Source: Octopus sinensis
Taxonomy: Eukaryota
Assembly (NCBI RefSeq): GCF_006345805.1
Contig: NC_043024.1
Span: 15,562,001 to 15,626,000, forward strand
DNA: 64,000 nucleotides
Direction of reading: 5' to 3'
Shown here: positions 1 through 10,454 of the stretch, in pieces
Position numbering within the stretch: the first letter of the stretch is position 1
Layout of the letters: each line of letters opens with the position of its first letter
Notes under the pieces: generated by a model
Told to the model about the DNA's origin: nothing
Seen by the model: the letters and a program-made list of their open reading frames with translations, nothing else
Databases searched by the model: none
Program-made: the position numbers and the translations under genes

Positions 1-184
1 TGAAACAAGTTAAAGAGTAAAAGTTGAAATTTAGATCACTTTCAAAGAGAAAGTTTATATCATAGAACCAAAAGCTTCTACAACAAAACTTTTGCTACAC
101 TCTCAGTTACCAAATTGGGTTGCAGTGACAAGCATTGCAAGATGGCCCCTGGAAGTCTTATGTCAGAGTATATTTCCCCTAGAA

Positions 185-484
185 CAGTGCTTCTCAAACT
201 ATCTAATGTGGCATACTGACAGTTTTTTTGTTTTTTTTTCTAATGTACCAGGCATCGGTAATATTTCTTAGTAATTTAAATTCATACTGGAAACAATATA
301 TATATATGATGAATATAATAAAAGTTGACAATTTTTTAAATCTTATATTTATTTTGTAAACAAATAATACAATATTTTATAAGCATTTTATAATGTTTCT
401 TTCTTTTCTAGAAACTGGCCACATACTGGCAGCTGATGGCTCATGAACCGGCACTGGTCTGCAGACCACCACTGAGTAGTACTG
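185..484. mobile_element. hAT (Charlie/MER5-like) MITE, 300 bp
   Basis: Ends CAGTGCTTCTCAAA...TGAGTAGTACTG form imperfect TIRs; perfect 8-bp TSD CCCTAGAA at 177-184 and 485-492. Confidence 0.8.
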
Positions 485-816
485 CCCTAGAAGACCTGCC
501 TACCCTGCCCAGCTTTGTCAAAAACAAGGGGAGCCACTTCTACCCCAGGGAAATCTGTTTAACATATAGATGGCATCCTAACAGGTACTAACATTTTGGG
601 TCGGAACAGGCCTTGGTGTAATGGTAATCAAAGGGTGACTCCATACTCCCCACAACTCCAGAACTTCCTAATTGGAGCCTCACCTCTGAATACAGTTTAA
701 TATCATATCCAGGACAAATTATTTATACCAAAGACATGACCCTGACAGGTACTGCCATTTTAGGTCAGAACAGACCTGTAAATAAGAGTAATTAAGGGCT
801 GACTGAAGGTGCATGC

Positions 817-1089
817 TCTCTTTTGCTGAACTGCTAAGTTACAGAGACGTAAACACACCAGCATCGGTTGTCAAGCAATGTTGGAGGGACAAACACTGAC
901 ATACAAACATATATATATACATATATACGATGGGCTTCTTTTAGTTTCCGCCTACCAAATCCACTCACAAGGCTTAGGTCGGCCCGAGACTAAAATAGAA
1001 GACACTTGCCCCAGGTGCCACACAGTGGGACTGAACCCGGAACCAAGTGGTTTGTAAGCAAGCTACTTACCACACAGCCACTCCTACGC
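817..1089 (-). mobile_element. SINE family A (tRNA-derived, CORE-like), 3'-truncated
   Basis: Reverse complement of head GGAGTGGCTGTGTGGTAAGTAGCTTGC...GGTTCAGTCCC (A/B boxes), internal (TA)n and part of the tail; matches many other copies in the window. Confidence 0.85.
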
Positions 1090-1652
1090 CTACCATTTCT
1101 TTTTCTTTCTTGTGTTGAATAGGTAAAAGCCAGTGTTCTTGCTGTTGCAAGTAAACACCATCACCACCACCACCACCACCACCACCACCACCACCATCAC
1201 CACCACCACCACCACCACTACTACCAAGTTATAGTCACTGACTACCACTAAGTAGGTAGACAGGTGTAGAAACTGACTCACTACCAAATCTCAGTGAATT
1301 TACAGAGCAACATATGATGGGTTTAGATGGAGGATGTGGAAACAGCAGAAACAGCAGCAACAACAACAACACTAACAATGACAGGAACAACAGTGAGCCT
1401 ACATCTACATGGTTGCTAGTGATGCTAGACATAGCAGCCAAATCACCCTCAATTTCCACATTACTGTCTAAGTCAGTGTTTCTTGACCGGTTTTTGATCT
1501 ACAGATTACTTGTGATTCTTATTTTACTTGGATGGAACCTCAACGCCATTTAATGATGTGGCTGTATCATAAGAAGCTTACTTCCCAAACACATGGTTCC
1601 AGGTTCAGTCCCACTGCGTGGCACCTAGATAACCGTTTCCAAATATTTATTA

Positions 1653-1841
1653 GGTGTAGGAGTGGCTGTGTGGTAAGTAGCTTGTTTACAAACCACATGG
1701 TTCCGGGTTCAGTCCCACTGCGTGGCACCTTGGGCAAGTGTCTTCTACTATAGCCTCGGGCCAACCAAGGCCTTATGAGTGAATTTGGTAGATGGAAACT
1801 GAAAAAAGCCTGTTGCATGTGTGCGTGTGAGTGTGGGTATG

Positions 1842-1888
<47 letters not shown>

Positions 1889-2120
1889 CACACACACACA
1901 CACACATATATATGTATGTATATATTTATGTAACTTTGTGTTTGTCCCTCACCATTGCTTGACAACCAATGTTGGGGTGTTTACATACCCGTGACCTAGC
2001 AGTTCAGCAAAAGAGACCGATAGAATAAGCACTAGGCTTGCAAAGAATAAGTCCTGGGGTTGATTTCTTTGACTAAACCCTTCCAGCATGGCTGCAGTCA
2101 TATGACTGGAACAAGTAAAA

Positions 2121-2123
<3 letters not shown>
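1653..2123 (+). mobile_element. SINE family A, full length
   Basis: tRNA-like head with A/B boxes, CCTTGGGCAAGTGTCTT CORE-like motif, internal TA/CA microsatellite, tail ending GACTGGAACAAGTAAAAGA. Confidence 0.9.
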
Positions 2124-2149
<26 letters not shown>

Positions 2150-2153
<4 letters not shown>

Positions 2154-2480
2154 TAGTGGGTAACGATTTTCTTCACTACCTCAGGGAGTGACAACTCTGC
2201 CTGACACGAGTCCCAGGCTCAGCTGGCTCCAGCTGACAGTACCCGGTATTGGCCCCTATCCAGGGTTACGGAAAGGAGATAACCTTCAAAGCAAACCAGA
2301 GTGGAGGGCCATAGGCAGTTTAGTGTTCGACTCGAAACTCTTCCGGCAGCTCCTGCAACCAAGCTGGTGCCAAACGTAATGCTCTGCACTCCTTTGGACT
2401 ACATCCGCAAGGTCGAGAGAGGAACCCTGAAGATTGGGCTACCCAGGATTTTCTTACATCTAGCCCAAGCCTGTGCAAAA
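2150..2480 (+). mobile_element. Probable RTE LINE 5'-UTR-like segment
   Basis: GC-richer block containing CAGCTCCTGCAACCAAGCTGGTGCCAAACGTA...CCTTTGGA...GAGAGAGG...TGGGC, similar to the body of SINE-E copies here; the RTE 5'-UTR resemblance is from memory. Confidence 0.4.
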
Positions 2481-2899
2481 CTGGAGAGGAAACTGGAAAG
2501 GACATGAAATGTAAAAACCAGACTTGATTAGTTTATGCACAACTCCATTGTCTCCCTAGACAAAAGGATGCCAACAACAACGATATATATATATATGTAT
2601 GATTATATGTATGTATGATTATATGTATGTGTCTGTTTGTCCTCTCCACCACCTCAGAACTGGTGTTAATTTAGTAGTTTGGCAAAAGAGACTGATAGAA
2701 TAAGTACTAGGCTCAAAAACGAAAAAGGGCTGGCTGGGGGTGGAGTTGATTTGCTTGACCAAAACTTTCAACCTGGTGCTCCAGTATGGCCACAGTCAAA
2801 TGACTGAAACAAGTAAAAGAGTAATCAAATACTATTAGGAACTTCAAAAAAAAATTGTTAAAATATTTAGTTTATTGTAGAAGTGTCACCAGGGCGAAT

Positions 2900-3195
2900 A
2901 ACTGGTACTCTGCTGCTTAGGATGAGTTCCAGTTGATCCAATTCAGGGAACAGTCTGCTCGTGAAATTAATGTGCAAGTGGCTGAGCACTCCACAGGCAT
3001 GTGTCTACCCCTAATTTAGTTTTCAAGTAGATTCAGCTTGACACAGAATGTGACAAGGGTGGCCCTTTGAATAACAAGTACAACTCATTTTTGCCAGCAG
3101 AGTGGAATGGAACACTGGGAAATAAAGTGTTTTGCTCAAGGACACAACACATTCCAGGAACTGAACTCACAACCTTGTGATCATGATCCAAATAC
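2900..3195 (-). mobile_element. SINE with D-type head and tail T1
   Basis: Central GTGTCCTTGAGCAAAACACTT motif as in D copies; tail shared with 59190-59571. Confidence 0.7.
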
Positions 3196-3209
3196 TATAG
3201 AATACAAAT

Positions 3210-3575
3210 AAACAAGAGCACTCAGAGAGCGCAAACCTCCACCAACACAACACCAACGTCCTCTGAACCATTAGCCAGAGATGATTTTTAAAATGAGAAT
3301 ATCTGAAATAAACTCGACTGCTCTCACAAATGAGAATACTAAAAATGAACCCAACCGCTTTCAAAAATTAAGTAAAAAAACAGGAAAAATAATCCAGAAT
3401 CCTTGTCCAGTACCAGAGCGATCCTAAAATCTAATCAGTTTGTGTCAGTCAAATATCCTTGAAAGTTGCATCTGAATCCATCCAGTGGTTCTTGAGATAT
3501 CTTGTCGACAGACAAACAAACAAACAGACATGACTGAAAACAATACCTCTGCCTTTGCTAAGGTGGAGGTAATAA
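3210..3575 (+). mobile_element. DINE-1/HINE-like non-autonomous element
   Basis: Starts AACAAGAGCACTCAGAGAGCGCAAACCTCC, has an internal (ACAA/ACAG)n and a 3' hairpin ACCTCTGCCTTTGCTAAGGTGGAGGT; second copy at 26553-27364. Class assignment is inferred. Confidence 0.55.
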
Positions 3576-3824
3576 GCTAAACTGGCACCCCATTGGATAG
3601 GAAGATGAGGGTTCCACTTGATACGATCAACGGAACAGCCTGTTCTTGAAATTAACATGCAAGTGGTTGAACACTCCGCAGACTTACCCTTTTGCTCTCT
3701 TTTACTTATTTCAGTCATTTGACTATGGCCATGCTAGTGCACCACTTTTAGTCGAGCAAATCGACCCCAGGACGTATTCTTTGTAAGCCTAGTACTTATT
3801 CCATTGGTCTCTTTTGCCGAACCA

Positions 3825-3995
3825 CTATCTATCCATCTCTATACCTCCATATCTATCTATCCATCTCTATTCCTACATATCTATCTATCCATCTCTATAC
3901 CTACATATCTATCTATCCATCTCTATACCTGCATATTTATCTATCCATCTGTATACCTACACATCTATCTATCCATCTCTATACCTACATATCTA
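3825..3995. repeat. 28-bp minisatellite, about 6 units
   Basis: Unit ATCTATCTATCCATCTCTATACCTACAT repeated in tandem. Confidence 0.8.
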
Positions 3996-4214
3996 TGCAC
4001 ATATCTATCAATCTATCCACCTCACTATCTATCTACAGCTACAGACAGACAGGCAGGCAGAGAGAGACAGATCAATAGTCAACTAAGAACTTCTAATTGA
4101 ATAACAGTCAAGGAAATAAGTAGGTAGCCTGACAATTATTTCAGTAATGGAAGAATGAACGAGAAGTTGCCAGTGACAGTATTGTCAGAGAAACAGATTT
4201 AAATTGAAAGAATA

Positions 4215-4285
4215 TCAATATATATACATATATACATATATATACATCGACATATATACACATACATCTGCATATATACATATAG

Positions 4286-4317
<32 letters not shown>

Positions 4318-4366
4318 CACACATCTACATACATACATATATACACACACATCCACATACATACAT

Positions 4367-4414
<48 letters not shown>

Positions 4415-4530
4415 TATATATATATACACATCTACATACAAACATATATATACACACATCTACATACATATATATACACACACATTTACGTACGTACATA
4501 CGTACACACATATGTATACATATACACATA
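4215..4530. repeat. Compound (TA)/(TACA) microsatellite
   Basis: Read directly from the sequence. Confidence 0.9.
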
Positions 4531-4839
4531 TCTACAGACTCACAGAGTGATTGGATGGGAAGATAAAATGTGAATCGTTGTTTCTTGTTCAATAGTTTTG
4601 AGTTGAAACAAATTCAATGAAACGCATCAAACTATCAAGGAACCAATAGCTGCAGGCAGAGCTGTGAGCTTTAGCTATCTGCTTCAAACCCACAAGGGTC
4701 CTGGTTTAACAACCCCACTGTGATAACCTTGTTATGTGCCTTCTGACACACACCCATCATATATATATATATATATATACTTATATTGTTACAAACATGT
4801 ATACACGCACACACACATCTATATACTTATATATTTACC

Positions 4840-5130
4840 CGTTTCGTGTCCGTTGCCAGCCTCGCCTGGCCCTCGTGCCGGTGGCACATAAAAAGCACCA
4901 TCCGTTCGTGGCCGTTTGCCAGCTCTGTCTGGCACCAGTGCGGGTGGCACGTAAAAAGCACCCACTACACTCACGGAGTGGTTGGCGTTAGGAAGGGCAT
5001 CCAGCCGTAGAAACACTGCCAGATTTGACTGGGCCTGATGAAGCCTTCTGGCTTCACAGACCCCAGTAGAACCGTCCAACCCATGCTAGCATGGAAAACG
5101 GACGCTAAACGATGATGATGATGATGATGA
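4840..5130 (+). mobile_element. RTE LINE 3'-UTR fragment (family C)
   Basis: Two GTGCC-GGT-GGCAC-type hairpin units, AGGAAGGGCATCCAGC motif, end CCCATGCTAGCATGGAAAACGGACGCTAAAC(GAT)n. Confidence 0.8.
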
Positions 5131-5153
5131 TACATACACACATATATATATTA

Positions 5154-5534
5154 CTAGCAGTATCGCCCGGCGTTGCTCGGGTTTGTAAGGGAAATAATTA
5201 TATAAGCATTTTTAGAGATGTAAAGTATAATAGCCATCTCAATATGGCTAACCACAAAGGGGGGGGTGTTACTGTAGCTTTTTACGTTCTGAGATTTAAT
5301 AATAAATTTTAGAGAGTTACTTCCCTTATATATGTCAAAAATGGGAAAAATTGATGGTAATTTTTTTTTAAATCGTATACTCATCGTAGACGCGCGCTAA
5401 TACCCAGACGGTCTCGATATGAATCACGACTATAAGATACCCGGTTTTGGTTAAACTGCACCGCAAAATGTGGGAGTAGTTAGGAATCTAAATCGTAGGA
5501 GACAGACACACAACCTCACTTTTATATATAAAGA
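5154..5534 (-). mobile_element. Non-autonomous Helitron
   Basis: Minus strand starts TC (5534) and ends CTAG (5154-5157) with subterminal hairpin CCCGAGCAACGCCGGG (5166-5181), inserted at A|T; sister copy at 18080-18477. Confidence 0.85.
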
Positions 5535-5696
5535 TTTCCTCTATTTACATAATATTGAGGTCTCTTTCTTTCTTTTGTTATCTTACTGTTTTTACCAATA
5601 TACATATATATATATATATAAATATATATATAGTTACAGAGATGTACTTGCATAGCAAGTGACTTGATCTGAGATCGTGTGCTGGAACGAAAACAG

Positions 5697-5955
5697 TTGC
5701 AGCGTTGAAGGTGTTTATAAGCCATTTAAGAAACACACAAAAACCGTTAGATTCACTTCAACATTTAAATTTAATTTGTCAAAATATTTTCGTCGCTTTG
5801 AGACCGCGACCTGTTAGCACGATATTTTTGTCAGTGAACAGGTCGCGGTCTTAAAGCGACGAAAATATTTTGGCAAATTAAATTTAAATGTTGAAGTGAA
5901 TGTAACGGTTTTTGTGTGTTTCTTAAATGGCTTACAAACACCTTCCACGCTGCAA
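5697..5955. repeat. 259-bp palindrome (arms about 119 bp, 21-bp spacer), probable Penelope-like inverted terminal repeat
   Basis: 5697-5815 is the near-perfect reverse complement of 5837-5955; the flank module at 5536-5605 recurs beside the 26-kb palindrome. Confidence 0.9.
5827..5877 (+). ncRNA. Minimal type-I hammerhead-like motif with G3-C8 core
   Basis: Stem I TTTGTCA/TGGCAAA, core GTGAACA plus extra G, stem II GTCGC/GCGAC, GAAA, palindromic stem III AATATT, UUU triplet. Folded by eye. Confidence 0.65.
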
Positions 5956-6320
5956 TATATATATACACACATATATATATATGTATGTATGTATGTATGT
6001 GTGTATATGTGTATGCATGTATGTGTGTGTGTGTGCGTGTCTGTGCTTGTGATTGTCCTCCACCACTGCTTGACAACGAATGTTGGTTTGTTTACATCCC
6101 TGTCACCTAGTGGTTTGACAAAGGAAACAGATAGAATAAGTACAATGCTTACAAAAATAAAACTGGAGTTGATTCATTAAACTACAATTCTTCAAGGCAT
6201 TGCCCCAGCATGGCCACAGACCAATGGCTGGAAAAAGCAGAAGAATAAAAGAATACATTCTCTGCTTTGGTCTTATGTTCAAGGCCTGAGAAAGCTTGAG
6301 TTTACATGAGAAGGCCTAAC

Positions 6321-6580
6321 AGACCTGGTAGAAACAGCAGCCAAATCTCCCTCAAATCACACCTTACTGTCTTATGTATGTATATATATATGAGCCAATG
6401 AGGGGGACCTCTACATGGTAGCTAGACCTGGTAGAAATAGCAGCCAAATTTCCCCCAAATCACACCTTACTGTCTTGTCTATGTATATATGTATGAGCCT
6501 ATGAGGGAGACCCCTACATGGCAGCTAGACATGGTAGAAATAGCAGCCAAATCTCCCTCAAATCACACCTTACTGTCTTA
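6321..6580 (+). repeat. 103-bp tandem repeat (2.5 units) built from a dispersed-repeat tail
   Basis: AGACCTGGTAGAAA(C/T)AGCAGCCAAAT units start at 6321, 6424 and 6527; the same motif occurs singly near 1420, 26460 and 45995. Confidence 0.85.
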
Positions 6581-6619
6581 TCTTTCTGCTACTTGGATAT
6601 AGGTCTTATATTCATCGTA

Positions 6620-6679
6620 AAAAACTTTCCTGTCACACACTCACGCACACGCACACACACACACGCACCCTCACACACA

Positions 6680-6712
<33 letters not shown>

Positions 6713-7092
6713 TGACACACACGCACGTTAGCTTACAATTTTATTTATATATTTGCGTATCTATGTGTGGAAAGAGGAAGTGGGAGGCAGAGTGAAAGAA
6801 TCACTCACTACAGTAAGTGAATTAGTTTCATTTTATTCGTTGCCCACTGTGTGTGTGCGTTTGCGTGTGCTGTAAACCAGACTAAGAAAAGCATTTGACA
6901 CACACACCAGAATGTGAGTTTTCTGTAAATTTTGCTTAATTGGAGTGTAAATTTTGAAAACTGGACCTGGCATGACGCGATGCATTGTACTCTTAAAAAT
7001 GCTAGGTAAATTGTAATTGAAGAAATCCTATATTGTAGATTTGTATAACTCCCAAAGGGAGGCAGATAAAATCTGCCTTTTATAATAAGAGA
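6620..7092 (-). mobile_element. Possible Helitron-like fragment (5' end only)
   Basis: Minus strand begins A|TCTCTTATTATAAAAGGCAG, similar to other Helitron 5' ends here; no CTAG 3' end found, so the left boundary is a guess. Confidence 0.3.
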
Positions 7093-7109
7093 TATACAAA
7101 TAAATAAAG

Positions 7110-7487
7110 ACATACATACATATAGATATGTATGTGTACATACATAGATGTATCTATATACATACATACATGCATATATACATACATACATACGTATGTA
7201 TACATACATGTATGTATCTATATACATACATACATACGTATGTATACATACATGTATGTATACATACATGCATACATGTATATATACATACATGCATGTA
7301 TACACACATACGTGTGTATACACACATACATGTATTCACACATACATGTATACACACATACATATATATATACATGCATACATGTATATACATATATACA
7401 TACATGTATATACATGTGTATATACATATATATATGTGTGTGTGTATACATACATAGATACATACACACATACATACACATATATAC
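7110..7487. repeat. (TACA)/(TA)n compound microsatellite, probably the tail of the adjacent LINE fragment
   Basis: Read directly; abuts the 3' end of 7488-7855. Confidence 0.9.
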
Positions 7488-7855
7488 ATGGTAGTTGTCT
7501 ACTCGTTATGCAGAGTCTGACCACCTCCTGTACTTTTATACCTTAGATCCTTCATGGAGTCTAAAGTGGCTTTTTAAACCAGACGTTATATTCAAAAAGA
7601 CACCCACATAAATTGCATATCTGCTCTGGGCCACTGAGAACTGCAGTTAGGTTCTGATTTTTGCGGATCTTAAAATGTCTTTTGAGGCCTGTTAGATTTG
7701 GAGACCTTATGGCATACACGGCATTGAACGGTGCACACAGAGATATCGGCAGAATAGTTGGTGGAGGTTCGTTCTCCATGGGTTCACAAATGAGACTAGG
7801 GCCCAGCAAAAGAAAGGCGTGGTCAGTCACAAATTGTGTACACAAAAGGATTGTT
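7488..7855 (-). pseudogene. 3' end of a LINE-like element encoding three decayed C2H2 zinc fingers
   Basis: Translates to FVYTICD*PRLSFAGP*SHL*TH, QCRVCHKVSKSN/GLKRHFKI and ICNLCGCLF; second copy at 10632-10950 shares the 3' end and has a microsatellite tail. Confidence 0.7.
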
Positions 7856-7988
7856 GGGATTCATTTTCATATATATATGTAGAAATACACATACACACAT
7901 ACATATATATATACACTGATACATATATATATATATATTCGTACATATACATACACATGCATACCTATATATATATATATCTTTTAAT

Positions 7989-8357
7989 CTTTTACTTGTT
8001 TCAGTCATTTGACTGCGGCCATGCTGGAGCACCGCCTTTAATCGAGCAACTCGACCCCAGGACTTATTCTTTTGTAAGCCCAGTACTTATTCTATTGGTC
8101 TCTTTTGCCGAACCGCTAAGTAACGGGGACATAAACACACCAGCATCGGTTGTCAAGCAATGCTAGGGAGACAAACACAGACACACAAACACACACATGC
8201 ATATATATATATACATATACATATATACGACGGGCTTCTTTCAGTTTCCGTCTACCAAATCCACTCACAAGGCTTTGGTCGGCCTGAGGCTATAGTAGAA
8301 GACACTTGCCCAAGGTGCCACGCAGTGGGACTGAACCCGGAACCATGTGGTTGGTAA
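7989..8357 (-). mobile_element. SINE family A
   Basis: Match to the family A consensus seen in this window; head slightly truncated. Confidence 0.9.
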
Positions 8358-8389
8358 TATTATATATATATATACATACATACGTACAT

Positions 8390-8607
8390 ATAGGCCGTTG
8401 CCAACCTCCCCTGGCATCTGTGCCGGTAGCACATAAAAAGCACCCACTACACTCACGGAGTGGTTGGCGTTAGGAAGGGCATCCAGCTGTAGAAACACTG
8501 CCAGATCAGACTGGAGCCTGGTGCAGCCTCCTGGCTTTGCAGACCCCGGTCGAACCGTCCAACCCATGCTAGCATGGAAAACGGACGTTAAATGATGATG
8601 ATGATAA
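8390..8607 (+). mobile_element. RTE 3'-UTR fragment (family C)
   Basis: One hairpin unit, AGGAAGGGCATCC motif and (GAT)n tail. Confidence 0.8.
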
Positions 8608-8660
8608 TATACAAGTGCAATACCCTAACCACAAGACTACATGCCCTCACATGTCTGTAT

Positions 8661-8704
<44 letters not shown>

Positions 8705-9199
8705 ATGTACTTGTGGATGTATTTGTATTTGTCCAGCTTCACCCACAGCTTGACAAGCTTTTTTTATTCTTTACAACATTGTAACTTAGCGGTACACCAA
8801 AATGAAACCAACAGTATAAATAGCAGACTTGAAAAATAAGTGATGGGATCAATCTGCGCAACTAAACCATCAAGTCAGAGCCCCAGGATGGCCACAGTAT
8901 TAAGACTGAAACAAGCAAAATTTTAAAAGATAATTTTTTTGTTTTAATTTTTCAACAGCAAAGAGACTTGCTTTCACAAAGATATGCAAAAGCAATGGAG
9001 GTTTATTGCATATGATGTTTACTTGAGATGGTTAATAAGAGGAAACACGATCGCAAAGAATCGTTGAATGATGTTAGAAATAAATAGAACCTTATCAACA
9101 AACAACTTCAGAGCGCGCCTGTGTGTGTGTACGTGTGTATATGTACATGTGTATGTGTGTGTATGTATTATATGTGTAAGTATGAATGTGTGTGTGTTA

Positions 9200-9233
<34 letters not shown>

Positions 9234-9287
9234 CACAACTTGTAAACATGAGAGAGCTCTAGTTAACGAATCAGAGGGTATGGATTA

Positions 9288-9369
<82 letters not shown>

Positions 9370-9511
9370 TGTGTATAGAGTACTTTTAAATATAGATAAC
9401 AGATATTAAATATACATTATGTGTAACGAGAAGCAAGAGATCACGATGTGATAAGGCAGAGAATAAGCAATACAAACTTTGGGGAATATACACATTCAAG
9501 AGTATATAAGT

Positions 9512-9770
9512 GGAGGCTTGTGGCTTAGTGGTTAGTCTGTTTGAGTCATGATTGCAAGATTATGGTTTGAATTCCCGGACTGGGCAACACGTTGCATTGC
9601 GTTCTTGAGCAAAACATTTCATTCCACATTGCTTCACCTCACTCAGTTGGCAAAGTGAGTAAAGCTGCAAAGGATTGGTATCCCATCCAGGTGAGGAATA
9701 TACATGTCATGGAAACCGGGAATCCAGCCCTAAGAGTCTACATGATTTGGGAAGAAACTTTACTTCTTTT
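9512..9770 (+). mobile_element. SINE family D
   Basis: tRNA-like head TGGCTTAGTGG...GGTTTGAATTCC and central TGCGTTCTTGAGCAAAACA (V/CORE-like). Confidence 0.7.
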
Positions 9771-10236
9771 CACATATATATACATATATATATATATATA
9801 TATGCAAAATTAAGAGGAATGACCACCAAAGTGGACTCCTAATATGCTAAAAGATAGATGTCAAATCACCTTACCACGAAGAGTATGTTCTCAAGAAAAA
9901 TTTCTGCAAAACGCTGAAATTTTTCTGGAGAACAAACATATATATACATACACACACATATATATATACATACACACACACACACATATACATATACATA
10001 CATACATACATATACACACACATATATATATACACACACACAAATGTATACATATACACACATATATCCATACACACCTATATATATAATACACACATAT
10101 ATATACACATATCTACATACACGCTCTCTCACAAACACATAAATATAGATACATACAATAGGCTTCTTTCAGTTTTCATCTACCATATCCACTCACAAGG
10201 CTTTGGTCAGCATGAAGCTATAGTAGAAGACACTTA

Positions 10237-10408
10237 GCAAGTATTTTGATCTAAGATTGTAAACTAAAACTAAAGCTAGTGTAGTGTGCAAGACATAAGT
10301 TGGCCATTCAGAAATATACAAAAACCATCAACTTCACTTGAAAGATTTATTTGTAAAATGATGTCAGAGCTCTCATCGCTCAAAACTATGACCTGTTCAC
10401 CAACAAAA
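10237..10408 (-). mobile_element. Decayed single-arm copy of the 5.7-kb palindromic element, with hammerhead core GTGAACAG
   Basis: Aligns by eye to 5655-5815; minus strand reads TTGTTG GTGAACA G GTCAT...GCGAT GAGA GCTC TGACA. Confidence 0.6.
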
Positions 10409-10454
10409 AAAAATATATATTCATTTTTTCATTCCATCATGTTAATTTGTTAAT

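Noticed and set aside
1653-1730. tRNA-like sequences as real tRNA genes (here and at other SINE heads)
   Set aside because: They have A/B boxes but no complete cloverleaf, and each continues into a repeated SINE body.
5035-5060. CTGATGA followed by a GCC/GGC stem as a hammerhead
   Set aside because: No GAAA follows the stem; it is a variant of the family C tail hairpin.
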